In this document: one piece after another, positions 36,706 through 49,300 of the stretch
Layout of the letters: every line of letters starts with the position of its first letter
How positions within the stretch are numbered: the stretch's first letter is position 1
Source: Takakia lepidozioides
Lineage: Eukaryota > Plantae > Bryophyta
Length of the DNA stretch: 64,000 nucleotides
Direction: 5' to 3'
Assembly (NCBI GenBank): GCA_030704615.1
Contig: CM060732.1
Location: 55,800,001-55,864,000 of the forward strand
Notes under the pieces: model-generated
Told to the model about the DNA's origin: nothing
The model's input: only the letters and a program-made list of their open reading frames with translations
Database searches by the model: none
Translations under genes and position numbers: made by a program

Positions 36706-37341
36706 ATAGTCTTTCTTAAAGTTGGGAGTGAATACCCTCTTTAAGAGGATTCAATTAAGATTTTTGTTTAGAGATTTTTGTTGTTAATGTTTTTAAGTGT
36801 TGAATAGATAGTAGTGATGATGCGTTATAACGATAGTATAAAAAAATTTATGGACTTAAATCAACCCATTTTCCGTGATTTTTCTTCGGAGTGTGATTTT
36901 AAAATTATATGTCGTCGTAAGGCAGAAATTAGAGATATGACAGTACAGAGATTTGGAGAGGAACAATATCAAGAAATGTTACAAAACCCATGATCTGTCG
37001 TCTTTCCTATAATTAGAAATTGGAAAGTATACATATGTGTATATACATAGTTCATGGATCGAGGTAGATATTTTCCGCCTAATTTTCCACCGCCAAATGT
37101 ATTTAGTATCAATGTGTGCGTCATCGACAAACATCATTTTGTAAGATTATTAGTTGCAGAATTTGGAGTAGAATTCATGAACCTTGTCATGAGTTCAAAC
37201 CTCCTTTTTGTATTACCAATAGTCACATACGGGATGGTTTGGGATTGCACTATTTACATATTGTATTATGATAAGAGAATACAAATAGTATACATTAATT
37301 TTAGAAGACAAACACCACGAAGGAAGGAGTAGTGGAGCAAG

Positions 37342-38537
37342 ATGACGGACAATGAAGAAATGGTGGACAACGCACATACTACTCATCAAGCCAATTATCA
37401 AACGGTGTGGATAATGGAATGCTTACACGAATTGCAGAATGTTCTTGTCACGACCCAACAACAAAACAACGTGTTGATGGAGGAGCTTAAACAAGTGAGA
37501 CAGACAATCAACCGCCCCGGGATTGGTTGCTGGTGGTCGGATATGTTACGGCAAAAGATCACTACAGCAAATGGGGGGGGGGGTTGCGACGCCAGCCATG
37601 CCCCGCGCGGTGCTGAGCCTGCGATGCTGAACCCGCGGTATTTGTTTGCGATGTCCCGGTGTCGCAATCCCCCGCTACGACACCATTACGACGTCCAGCC
37701 GTCGTAAAGTGACATGAAGGGGGAAGAGGGCCCTCGCTTTGACGGTTTATTTTTCTTGCGACGTCCTGACGTCAGATTTTTTTATTTTTTTATTTTTTTT
37801 TCAGGACGTTGCGACGCCTTGGCGTCGCAAAAGCGTCACTAAGGGCGCCCCAGTGCCTCTATGACGCCAGGGCGTCGCAACAGCATTACCATAGTTGAAG
37901 TTTTTTTTTTTTTTTTTTTTTTTTTTTGACTTTGCGACCCTCAATTTCACAAAAGCGTCGCTGGGGACGCCCCGCGCTGGGATGCCCAACGTTGCGACGC
38001 CAGGGGGTCGCAATGACGTCGCCACAGGGGGTCGTAATGGTGTTGTGGTCAGCTTAGGTCATCACAAGGACGTCGCTTATGGCGGTGGGGGGGTGCAACA
38101 ACGGCGACAATGCTGGGGCTGGGATTGGGGCTAGGGCTGGGCACTAAGGCTGTGGAGGTTGCAACTCCCCGGCGTCATAAGAGAGACCCCCTTAGAAGGA
38201 ACTTGAAGGCTCTTGAAGGAAATCTCTTATATGTGTATATATATATTTAGATTGTTTTTGTGATACATAGATGTAGCATAGGTGTGTTGGTTAGTTTGTA
38301 GTGTCTTAGAATTGTTATAACGTGGAGGTCTTAGGTTCAAGTATGCATTGCATCGCATGATGTACGTAGAACAATGAACATATCGCCATTAGAGATAACC
38401 GGAGTCAATGGTCAACAAGTTTTTGAAATTCAAATTTCAAATTTTCCCGCCTAAATTCAAATGTACCCCCTTAAATTGTGATGTCCGGACGTCGCACTTT
38501 GCGACCCCCGGACGGTGCTAATTCTGCATCGCAGAGT

Positions 38538-38583
<46 letters not shown>

Positions 38584-39770
38584 AATAAAATAATAATAAA
38601 ATAATAATAAATTAATTTAAATTATAAAATTATTTTAATAATAAAATATTTTTATCGACGTTCGGGCGTCGCAAATCGTGGTTTCGCCTATTTGCAACCC
38701 CCATTGGTCGCAAATTTGCGACGTTTTTTTTACGATGGGCATGCGACGCCCGGACGTCGCAAATTTGGGTTTTTTCCCTGCCCGAAAATGGCTGTTTTAC
38801 GACGGGCGTCGCAAATTTGGGTTTTTCCCCTGCCCGAAAAGGGCTGTTTTACGACGCCTCAGCGTGGCCGCGGCGTCGCAAACCCCCCTTTTTATCTGTA
38901 GTGGATGACCAAGACGTGCAAGGTCAAGCCGTATAAAAGAAGTCGCGCCATGGGAGTGCTAGGATGGATTTATCGAATAGAGGTACATCTGTCATATTTC
39001 CCTACATCAAGCGATTTGGACCACGGAATGTTCATACGATCTTTTCTACTCGACAATGCTTCAACATGGTTACAGACATGGGAGAGTAGACAGATTGCAA
39101 AATGAGAACTTTTACTATGGAGCACCTTGAAAGCGGGATTGCTCCAACAATTCAAGGCAGTAGATGCTGTTACAACTGCTCGAATGAAATTATGGAATTT
39201 GAAACAACGCGAGAGTGCGCAAAATTACATTGAAGATTTTTTGAATCTTCAGGTCCAAATCGAAGACATGAGTCCTGCAGAAGCTTTAGACAACTTCAAA
39301 AGATGATTGAAGAAGAAAATTCAAGGAGAGGTAATTTTACGCAACCCGGTTGATGTCCATGAAACAATTTCATTGGCCCAAAATATGAAGGGACGCTACC
39401 AAGATACGACGAAGGTATACACGTTCCATTGAACCAATACGGACTAACGCCTATGGAACTTGGAAATCTTCGAAGACGGGATAACTTCCAATACTCTCGA
39501 AGAAATAGGGCGGGAATCAGATATGGGGAAGATAACACACAACGGCGAATAAAATTAAATGACAAGGATGTGACCTCCTCAACATTCTCACGAACAGAAG
39601 GACAAAGAGAAACTAGATAATGTTATAACTGTGGAAAATACGGACATCTTGCGGCCAACTGCCGAAGTGGAAGGTACAATCGACAAACTTATCGAAGACA
39701 TCTTAACAGTTTAAGGAGAGGAGAAGATAACGAACATCATAATGAGCAGAAAAACGAGGACGACCAGTAA
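37342..39770 (+). pseudogene. gag: gag of the chromovirus, interrupted by the CACTA element
   Basis: Removing 37560-38903 and one GAT restores the in-frame junction LRQK-MTKTCKVKPY. TPMELG motif and zinc knuckle CYNCGKYGHLAANC at ~39621-39662; several stops. Confidence 0.85.
37560..38903 (+). mobile_element. Complete non-autonomous CACTA (En/Spm) element, 1344 bp
   Basis: Termini CACTACAG...CTGTAGTG, 3-bp TSD GAT (37557-37559 and 38904-38906), dense GCGACG/CGTCGC subterminal repeats and no transposase. Confidence 0.93.
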
Positions 39771-39879
39771 GTAGACCTCGCGGTCTTACTGGTTCTACAA
39801 AGAAGAAGAAATGTGAGGGGTCATACAAGGAGAAGAGACAAATCAATCATACGGGCAAGAAATAGACGCAGTTAATTGT

Positions 39880-41872
39880 GGCAGATGGAACCTTGATTGC
39901 CCAACCATTGACAAATCTTTTGGGCAAAGGAATTAGATGGAAGTGGAGTATAGAAGAGAGTTAGCATTTCAGGCCTTGAAGGATGCGTTGCTTCACGCCC
40001 CGATATTGAAATGGTATGATCCGACATGACTAATCAAGTTATCGGTAGATGCATCAGGCTCAGCAATGGGTGGGGTGTTACAACAAGAATGAGAAGACGG
40101 ATGGCACCCAGTGACATATTTTTCTCGCAAATTGTTACATGTGGAACAAAATTACCATACAACCGAATGAGAAGAATTAGCTATTGTTTTGGCTACAAAA
40201 CATTGAAAGCACTATCTTGGAGACAAATAGTTCATAGTGGAGACAGATGATAAACCGTTAGTGTACTTGGAAACACAGAAAGATCTATCAAAGAGACAAA
40301 TTCTTTGGGCGGAGTGACGACAACAATTTAACGTGAAGATCGTCTATGTGGAGGGAAAACGACAATTGGCGGATGCAAAGATGTCCCGTATGAACACATT
40401 GATATAAATCAACATTCAACCCGATTGGTGGAACAAGATAGCGACGGCTTCTAAAGATGATGGGGAAATCGTGGATGCTAAGAAGAAGGGCAAAGTGACA
40501 TAAGTTCGAGGGTTCGTATTCAAGGAAGGTAAACTTTGGATCCCTGATGAACCTGCATTGAAGACATAAGTCTTGTTTGAAGCTCATGATACGACGTTAG
40601 CATGACATGTTGGAGTTGAAAATAATTCGAACAACTAAAACGAACATTTTATTGGCCGTGGATGCGAGACGAGGTGGAGGCGTATGTTCGAAGTTGCATG
40701 AAATGTCAACAAAACAAGTCAACAAACCGCAAGCTAGCAGGTCTTTTACAACCACTACCAGTACCAAACAGACGTTAGGAATATATGAGCATGAATTTAG
40801 TTTGTGAGTTATCTCAAACCTCATCGGGATACGACACTATAGTGGTATTTGTAGACAAATTGAGTAAGATGATACACATCCGTCCTACTAGAAAATCCGT
40901 CACTGCATCTGAACTAGCTCGACTATATCTAGAAGCAGTCTATTCCCATCATGGGCTATCTAAAGTTCTCATTACTTACAGGGGTACCCAATTTACTAGC
41001 TTGTTTTGGAAAAACTTATTTGGTAAAAGCTTATTTGGTCTTTTTAAAACCAAATTAACTATGTCAACAGCCTATCATCCGGAGTCAGATGAACAGACAG
41101 AGCGAGCGAATCATACAATTGAAGACATGTTGCGGGGCTCTACGTTAGAAGAACAAGAAAAGTGAGATTGATTATTACCATTGGTAGAATTTTTATACAA
41201 TAACTCGGTTAACGCGTCAATGAAATAAACTCATTTATTTTTAATGTATAGTGAACACCCAAATGTGCCAACAACTCTTACAAAGTTCAAGTTACCAAAT
41301 GAGGAGTTATTCAAGGTAGCCGCGACAAATTCGACGGGGAGTACGTCAAGCTAAAGAAAAGCTGATGGTTGCCCAAAATCGCCAAAAGCAGTATGCAAAT
41401 GCACGTCGACGGGATGAGAAGTTTACAGTTGGGGATCAAGTATGGTTGTCTATAACCAATTTACACATCATTGGATCGCGAAAACTAGAGGCACGGTTCA
41501 TTGGTCTTTTTTCGATCATTAAACGTATTGGAGCAGTAGCATATAAGCTGGAGTTACCATCACATATGAAGATCCATCCGGTGTTTCACGTTTCTTTACT
41601 ATGTCGTTACGAACCTCAACCATCAATATTCAAAGATAATCAAGAACCACAACCTTTACCAAAGTTGATAGACAGAAACGAAGAGTGGGAGGTCGACCGT
41701 ATTATGAAAAAACGCACATACAAATGAGGGCGACATGAGGTGTTGGAGTATTTGGTTTTATGGAAAAGATTTCCATTATATGAAGCTACCTAGGAACCGG
41801 TGCAAAATCTTGCAAATGTTCAATTGACAATTCAAGCTTTTGAAAATTCGAACAACGATGACGTTGCTTCTT
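39880..41872 (+). pseudogene. pol: pol remnant: RT connection/RNase H, integrase and C-terminal chromodomain; protease and RT core missing
   Basis: IAQPLTNLL, DAS..AMGGVLQQ, IVVFVDKLSKM, STAYHPESD.QTERAN, IHPVFHVSLL, WEVDRIM...EYLVLWK.FPLYEAT*EP..NL. Confidence 0.88.
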
Positions 41873-41887
41873 GAAAGAGGAGAGGAT

Positions 41888-42253
41888 TGTAACATGATAG
41901 AATCTAAAAGGTTCTAGATGGAGGAGGAAAGTTCCCTAGAAGTTTTCAAAATAACTAGGAAGTTCCTAAGAAGTTTGACTTAAGGAAGTTTGACTTGAGG
42001 CTCTCAAGTCAAACCTATAAGATATTTATATTATGGAGAGTAGGTCGATAAAGTCATATTGTGGAGAATATCTCAAACCTAGTAAGGTTGACTTTAGGAA
42101 GTTTTGACTTGAGGCTCTCAAGTCCAATATTTAAAATAATCATATTGTGAAGGGTATATAAACATGCAATGAAAGTCTATAAGACATCGAGTTGTTTTGG
42201 GAAAAAGTTAAGAAGTACTTCTATTCTAGTTTGTGTAGATCCTGGGTATTACA
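41888..42253 (+). repeat. 3' LTR (366 bp)
   Basis: TGTAACA...ATTACA, preceded by the purine tract gaaagaggagagga. Confidence 0.92.
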
Positions 42254-42887
42254 GTGTAGCGGTAGGAGGGTTTGTATTCCGTGAGCCTGGAGGCATTAGC
42301 CTGTGAGGCCAGGAGCCCGTGAGCCCAGCATATGCTCACGCCACGTCAGCATGGAATCCCGAACTTGTAAGCCCTATTTCCGCAGGAGATGTCTATTTTC
42401 GCGGATTTCAGTCATTGCAGATGACACCTGTTACATCCATTCCATCCATCTGTTTAATCCATTTAGACGTGGTTTACATTTGCATGCTAGGAAATGGATG
42501 AATGTCGTGTGTTTGAATGGAACATTATCCGGGATATCCGGTATGAAATAGTGGATGTGGATGCATAGTCCTTTGCATAGACGAATGTGGCTACGTCGTG
42601 TGTGTACATACGTATGCAATCTCGCCACATGTACGCACCCAATAATGCATATGCAATCATAGAGGGAAGGAATCCGATACAGAGAGGGAGGTGGACAGAC
42701 ATGGAGGAATGGACGATGGTGGACGTTAGAGGGATGGAGTAGGCAGTGTCTCTAGAGGTTGATTGTTTGAGAGGATTGGATGGAGTTAGCAGGAAGGCAA
42801 AGTCGTGGAGCTTCTGTGTAGCAGGCTATTCTCAATAAGAATGAATCTCAGAACAATTTCCTGGGGATTTTTCTTTTTTTTCTTTGC

Positions 42888-43882
42888 AAAACAAGGGACA
42901 ATGGCCCTCACATTTCGTATGCGCCGCCGCATACCAGACAAAGTGTTTTTTTTTTCAAATTCTTAAAAAAAAAAATCTTTAACTGTTTTAAATCATTTTT
43001 CAATTTTTATAAAACAGGGGACAGTGGCCCTCATATTTCGTATGCGCGACGCATACCAGACAACAATATTTTTCTTAAACAATTATTTTTTATTTTATTT
43101 TTTTGTTTTATAAAATGGTGGACACTGGTCCTCATATTTCGTATGCACAGGCGCATACCAGACAACCGTGTTTTTTTCTTAAAAAAATTAATTGTTTTTT
43201 ATTTTTGTTTTACAAAACAGGGGACAATGGCCCTCATATTTCGTATGCGTCAGCGCATACCAGACAACAGTGTTTTTTCAAAAAAGAAATTAAGTAATTT
43301 TCTAAATTAATTGTTTACAAAATATGTGATAGTGGCCCTCATATTTCGTATGCGCCGGCGCATACTAGACAACAATGATTTTTTTTTACATAAAAAGTAA
43401 TTTTATTTTATCTTTTTAAATTTTGTTTTACAAAACAAGGGGCAGTGGGCCTCATATATCGTTGCGCCGGACAACAGTGTTCTTTTTTATATATATTTTT
43501 TTTAAAATTAAAATTTTAAATTATTGTCTTACAAAACAGGGACAGTGGCCCTCATATTTCGTATGCACCTGCACATATCAGACAACAGTTTTTTTTCTTT
43601 TCTAAAAAATATTATTTTTTAAAAAATTGTTTTGAATATATATATATATATATTCCAAAACAGGGGACATGCCCTCATATTTCGTATGCGCTAGCGCATA
43701 TCAGACAACAATGTTTTTAAATATAAATAAATATATATATATATATATATTCCAAAACATGGGACAGGCCCTCATATTTCGTATGCGTAGGCGCATACCA
43801 CATAATAGTATTTTTTTAAAGCAATATTTTTTAAATTATATATATATATACACAAAACAGTGACAGTGACCTTCATATTGTC
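42888..43882. repeat. Array of 9 (+1 partial) ~57-bp palindrome-containing units separated by A/T-rich spacers
   Basis: Core aaaacaggggacagtggccctcatatttcGTATGCG-N3/4-CGCATACcagacaac at ~42888, 43011, 43112, 43214, 43319, 43432, 43533, 43657, 43754 and 43854. Confidence 0.9.
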
Positions 43883-46300
43883 ATTTTTTGGCTTCCTCGG
43901 ATATAGGGTCGTTATATGGTAATCCGCGGAAATACGTCCCATTTCTTAATGTTTTGACGACCCATCCATGTTCATAATCATATATAATTTACATTACGGA
44001 CTCACGATTTCCAACTCACCGTTCACCGCTCACCGCTCACCACTCACGGTTTAGCGTCCCTACATTACGGACATGGAAGACACCCATGTGGATCGTCCTA
44101 ATGATGGAGACGACGAGGACGAGCTCTGCCCAAACCATGACGTCCACACCAGTGAATTGACAGAGGAGAGGCCTACACAGTCCAAACCGCCATTTTGGAT
44201 CCTTATGCTGCTTATAGTTCGTATGTAACCAAAGTGGAGAAAACTGTAGCATGTGAAATGCACGAGGGACACAAAGAGATGACACGTTTTGTTGGCGCTT
44301 ATTCCAAAATCACATGCTTCAGTTGGAAAACAATACTTTGAGAGTATGTGCATGTGGGGGTGTAGAGCCTCAAACTAGGGACTGTCCTAGCCAAGAACAA
44401 ATTTTATCCGACGTTGGAGTGAGGCTCTAACCTGCCCTCCTTTGTTGAGAATGTTCAAGTGTAGCTTGTTCCCTTGCCGGAAGACGCTTATATTCCTGTT
44501 GTTCCTACTTACGAGCGTATCTTTGACGGGTGAAGAAGTTATAGAGCTTTGTCTAGGTATTATCGAGGACTTGATTGTCACGGCTTAAGTGCCTCACTGC
44601 AACTTTGGAGTTGAATTTCAAAGTGATTTGGGAGTGGCAGGAGTACAAACAATTTGTGTTGTGCGTACATCTTGTTCACAGAATGCTTCTTTGAGACAAA
44701 TTGGCTCTATACCATAATAGTTTCATAATGTGATCCACTTGAGCATATTATTCAATGGAATGAAGTGATTCTTGCATGCGATTGCATGTGCATGATTCTT
44801 GTATGATTGCATGATTGCATGGTGACATATGCATGATTCTTACATATATCTGGTGCAATTAGCACATGAAAACAATAGAAGGAAGAAATAGCAGGGGATA
44901 GTCATGGGGAAATGAGGACACCAGTGGAAAACACTTAGGGAAAATTATCAATGGGGAAAAAAGAAAAGCGGACGAATATCCACTGTTGCAGAGTTCCCTG
45001 TGTGGTGTATATTATCGTGAGACTCTAAGGGCATGTTGCCCGGTTCCCCTTGAGGGAATCTGTGAAAGCTCATTGTGCTTAAAAATTGCACAACCTACTC
45101 AAATTTCAACAAGGACTACCTTCTTGTATTTGGTGTTAGCTTGCTTCATAGTCAATGGCCTCAGTCTCACAGCTATTCTGTACAAAGTAGCTTTGCTCAT
45201 ACTCTACCCTCCTCTTCATCGTATTATATCATGAGACACCTAGAAAAACGTGTAGTGGTGATCTTGGTTTTATCCAGTCGGCCGTCGGCCAATGGTAGGT
45301 CTGGATAGGCCATATATAGTCATGCAGGGCAATGACAACAAGAATGCACTAGGTATTTGTGAATTCATACTATCTATATAGGCTGATTCTTGAAGTCCAC
45401 GAAAGCAGAAGTGGGTTGGGCTTCTTAAAACAATTGTACGAAGATGAGGATTCAACCCACTACAAGAACCTGTTGGAAAGAAAAGAAAATTGACATGGAA
45501 AACTATGACACAAGGTGTTGTTGATAGACAAGGTGCGACACAAAAATGCACAAATTTTACAGCAAATAGGACACAAATGCAACGAAGAAATGCAACGAAG
45601 AGATTATACATAGGAAGAGATTCTGAGACGAGAGGTGAAAGAATGTGAAGAATTGGTGAGATGGTTGTCATGATGATAAGAGGGTGGTGTGTAGCATCCA
45701 CGTCAGTTAACTCTTGTGTTAAGTTAATGATAGGCTAGTGCTAGATTGTAGCACATGGCACCCTAATGTTAGCAGAGTCAACATCGGCCATGCTAAGAGG
45801 ACCAGGTGTGAATGGTGCTTTAGGTGTAGAGGCACTATCTGGTGGGTGGCTGGTGCTCAAGTTTATGTTTGTTGGGGACAATAGCTGTAAGTGATCGGAT
45901 TGTGGTGCTCAAGTGTATATGTTTTTGAAGTTCATACACCATAATTTACACTTGCTTTGGCAAAGTCTTCCTTCTTGCAACAATCCGAAAGGTAATCCCA
46001 TTCCATTGTAGTAATAAGCCCCCCACTATCAGCCCATGTATATGTATAGGCCCTCTAAAAGCTGCCACCCAAAATTCATGGGAGCAGAAGCCAAGAGGTA
46101 CAATAGACTAGTGTGGTAGGAGGGTACAGCGTCGGTAGTTTGTTAGGAAAAGTTTGAGTAGTTTGAGTACAGTGTTGTCGGTAGTTTTGTCATAACAAGT
46201 TTGTGTTTAGGCCACACAACTTGGGTTGGTAACAAGTTGGGCAAAACTATGCCCATGTTGCTCCCATAGTGTGGGACTCCTCCAGTGCCTCACAGTGTGG

Positions 46301-49300
46301 ATGGTGGGGAGGAGATCTGTGAGGAAAGCCTCGGTTCGCCCAATGACAACGGCAGTGCAGTTCACAGGGAGCAATACCGAGCTGCAAAGTCCTCGCTCCA
46401 GTGAGATAAATGAAGTCCAAAGAGGTCCGAGACTCAAGTCAAAGGACGGTTCGGTTGACATCAAAGGCAGACCCGTCGACATGGCAACCACTGGCCGCTG
46501 GAAAGCCGCTTCCTTCCTTATGGGTACCTAATTACTACACCGCTTGAATGAGAGAGTGTACAGTTGGTGCAATATTACAGTGTCTATGGCGGGGTCGGAT
46601 TTGAAATGTTTTGGAGGAGGGTCTGTTGGAGCACATATATGTGAAACGAAATTTTTGGTTTGTTTTGCTTGAGGTCATGCAGTTGCAGAGACAATGGAGA
46701 GAGTGGCGTACTACGGGATAGCGGCAAATCTTGTGACATATCTTTCCAGCGTCTTGCATGAGGACACAGCCAACTCTGCAACAAATGTCTTCAACTGGAA
46801 TGGTGTGGTCTGGATCACTCCGGTGATTGGAGCTTTTATTGCTGATACTTTCTTGGGTCGCTTCAGAACCATCATAGTCTTCTCAACACTATATCTGCTG
46901 GTGGTCATCGAACTCGTTCGCATATAAAATTTCTACGATAATGGTTGTCAATGTGGGTCTTGAGCAAGATTGCGGCCAGACACTCTTTCTTATACATTAG
47001 ACTTGAGGCTGAGTAGTAGTTGAACACGACTTCATGTCCGAAATTCACAACCGGCCAAATGTTGTGTTGGCATTAACAGCTAGTAGTTGCGGCCAACTTA
47101 GAGAGGACCTGATCAGATAATTTTAGGAGTTTCACCGTTTAACCCTATATACACTCTCCGTAGATCTCTCCATTCAGGTACTATATGTCTGTGACTAATC
47201 TTTTCTATGTTTTATGTTCAATCAAGCTTTTAACTGTTCCTGCAAGAGTCTCGTTCTTCCAGAGTACTTTCTTCACTGTGTGAGAGAGCCAGTGAGTGTA
47301 CATCTAGTTTGCTTGAGCATACTTGATTTCTGTTATCTATATTTGTGCATTAGAGTACATATGGCGGATTCACACGTCCCACTAGACTCTCAGAGCACCC
47401 CTTCTCTGACACTCCTTCCTGCCGGTCATGATTTCTAATAACACCGCTCCCTGGCCCTCCGACCGCCGTGCCTGCACAGGAATAAAATCTTCGATGTGCA
47501 CGCATTGTTCACTGGTTACAGCTCAGGTAATACTGACTGGACATAATTTTAATTGGTAATCAGCTAGTCTGTTTGCAATGGCAGGGAATGATCTGCTTGA
47601 CATTGTCTGTGTCGCTCCCTGAAACCCCCAAAGTGCGCCCCTGGAGGCACAAGCTGCCGAAGTGCAGCTTCCGGTGAACTGGGTTTCTTCTACTTTGCGC
47701 TCTACCTGATAGCAATTGGCTTAGGTGGTGTCAAGCCCAATATATCAACACTGGGGGCAGACCAATTTGATGACGGAGTTGCGGAGGAGAGGAGAATGAA
47801 AATGTCCTTCTTCAACTGGTGGTACCATTGCATAGAAATAGGTGCCTTTCTTGCTCAAACAGTGATGGTCTACATCCAAGACAACGTGGGCTGGGGCTGG
47901 GGATTTGGTATTCCAACAGTGGGATACGTGCTAGCCTTTGTCAGCATATTGGGCGGCTCACGATTCTACAGGTATAAGCTGCCAGTGGGCAGTCCTCTGA
48001 CTAGTGTGACCCAGGTGTTCGTAGCGGCATTTCACAACCGGAGTGTTGTTCTTCCCCATGCTATTAAAGACCTGAACATGGACGGTGCTCACGACAAGGA
48101 GTCTTTGGACGATCCAGCGCGGACACGAATTCGGCGAACAAATCATTTCTCGTAAGTTGCAATGTGCTGTATATTTCGACTACCCAATTCCTGATATCTG
48201 CGTCAACGTGTTGTACTTCAAGAACAGCAAGCTACCCAATTCCTGATATCAGAGTCAAATATGCAAACAGCTAGTTCAACTCAAGTGCATTGCCCATCGA
48301 GCCACCTTGTGATATTCCTTTGACATAGGTGGCCTACAAATTCGACTGAAATTTTGCAGTGCCATGATGATATACATGTGTACACAGTTTGTTGCAAGTT
48401 GGTGCTTGTTTCGTTCAGTAACATATTAAGCTGCTTGTGATTGGTGTGGATGATTTGTCCATGTGTTTGCAGATTTCTCGACAAGGCGGCAGTGATCAGA
48501 ACTCCTCAAGGTCACCATGAATCTACAATCTCTCAACCAAGAGATGCTAGTCCATGGAGGCTTTGTACCGTGATGCAGGTGGAGGAAGTGAAAGTTGTGC
48601 TCCGTTTGCTGCCAATCTGGCTTACAAACACTCCGCTCGGCATTGTAGGAGCCCAGCCGATGACCTTTTCCACAAGGCAGGGTCGCACAATGGATGCACA
48701 CTTGGGGCCACATTTCAAAATTCCTCCTGCTTCGCTTCAGGGGTTTATCACCATTCTGGTTCTTATACTCATTCCACTGTACGATCTTTTGTTGGTCCCT
48801 GTTCTCCGTCGCTTCACAGGAAACGAGAGAGGGCTGTCAATGCTCAGACGAATGGGCATTGGTTTCTTTCTTGCAATTCTGAGTTCCGTTGCCGCAGCGT
48901 TGATTGAAATGAAGCGACTCCAGGTATGTAGAACTCAGATGCTCGAAAATTTCTTTTGGAAATATCTGTAGGCAAGGCGGTGTTCACAGTGGGTGTCAAT
49001 GTTTGGGAAACTCCCAAGGGTTAGGCTTTTGGTGGGGGTTCATGTATGTGAGAGAAGGAAAGACTTAAGCCACATAGATTGTTCCCTAAGGTGTCATTGC
49101 AGCAACGTGGATGCAAAAATCCATACATGTAACTTACACGTGTTTATTGATACATGTGGTATTGACACAGGTTGTGAGAGAGCATGGCCTTCTCGATGAA
49201 CCATGGAAGGTGGTTCCGCTCACCATTTTCTAGCTCCTTCCGCAGTACGTTGTGATTGGGATTGCGGAGGTTTTTTCGAGTATCGCACAATTGGAATTTT

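Larger units (their letters stand above)
32221..38708. repeat. Right arm of the ~6.4-kb inverted duplication
   Basis: Begins cccctctagcgtatgactca (32221) and ends ...cccattggt (38708). Reverse complement of 9439-15868 with scattered SNPs and indels. Confidence 0.95.
35298..42253 (+). mobile_element. Ty3/gypsy chromovirus LTR retrotransposon, degenerate and internally deleted
   Basis: 5' LTR 35298-36692 and 3' LTR 41888-42253 (TG...CA). PBS TGGTATCAGAGC at 36694-36705, PPT at ~41873-41886, and 5-bp TSD GTGCA/GTGTA. Remnants of gag with a CCHC knuckle, RNase H, integrase and chromodomain. Confidence 0.93.

Noticed and set aside
9439-38708. Giant TIR transposon (Polinton/foldback) or assembly artefact
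   Set aside because: The arms are mosaics of unrelated TE pieces cut mid-element with no TSD, and no polymerase or integrase lies between them. The arms differ by SNPs and indels (e.g. a ~19-bp duplication at ~9670-9705 only in the left arm), which argues against a simple misassembly.
42888-43882. CRISPR array
   Set aside because: The repeats are long and degenerate, the spacers are low-complexity A/T tracts resembling each other, there are no cas genes, and the context is a plant nuclear genome.
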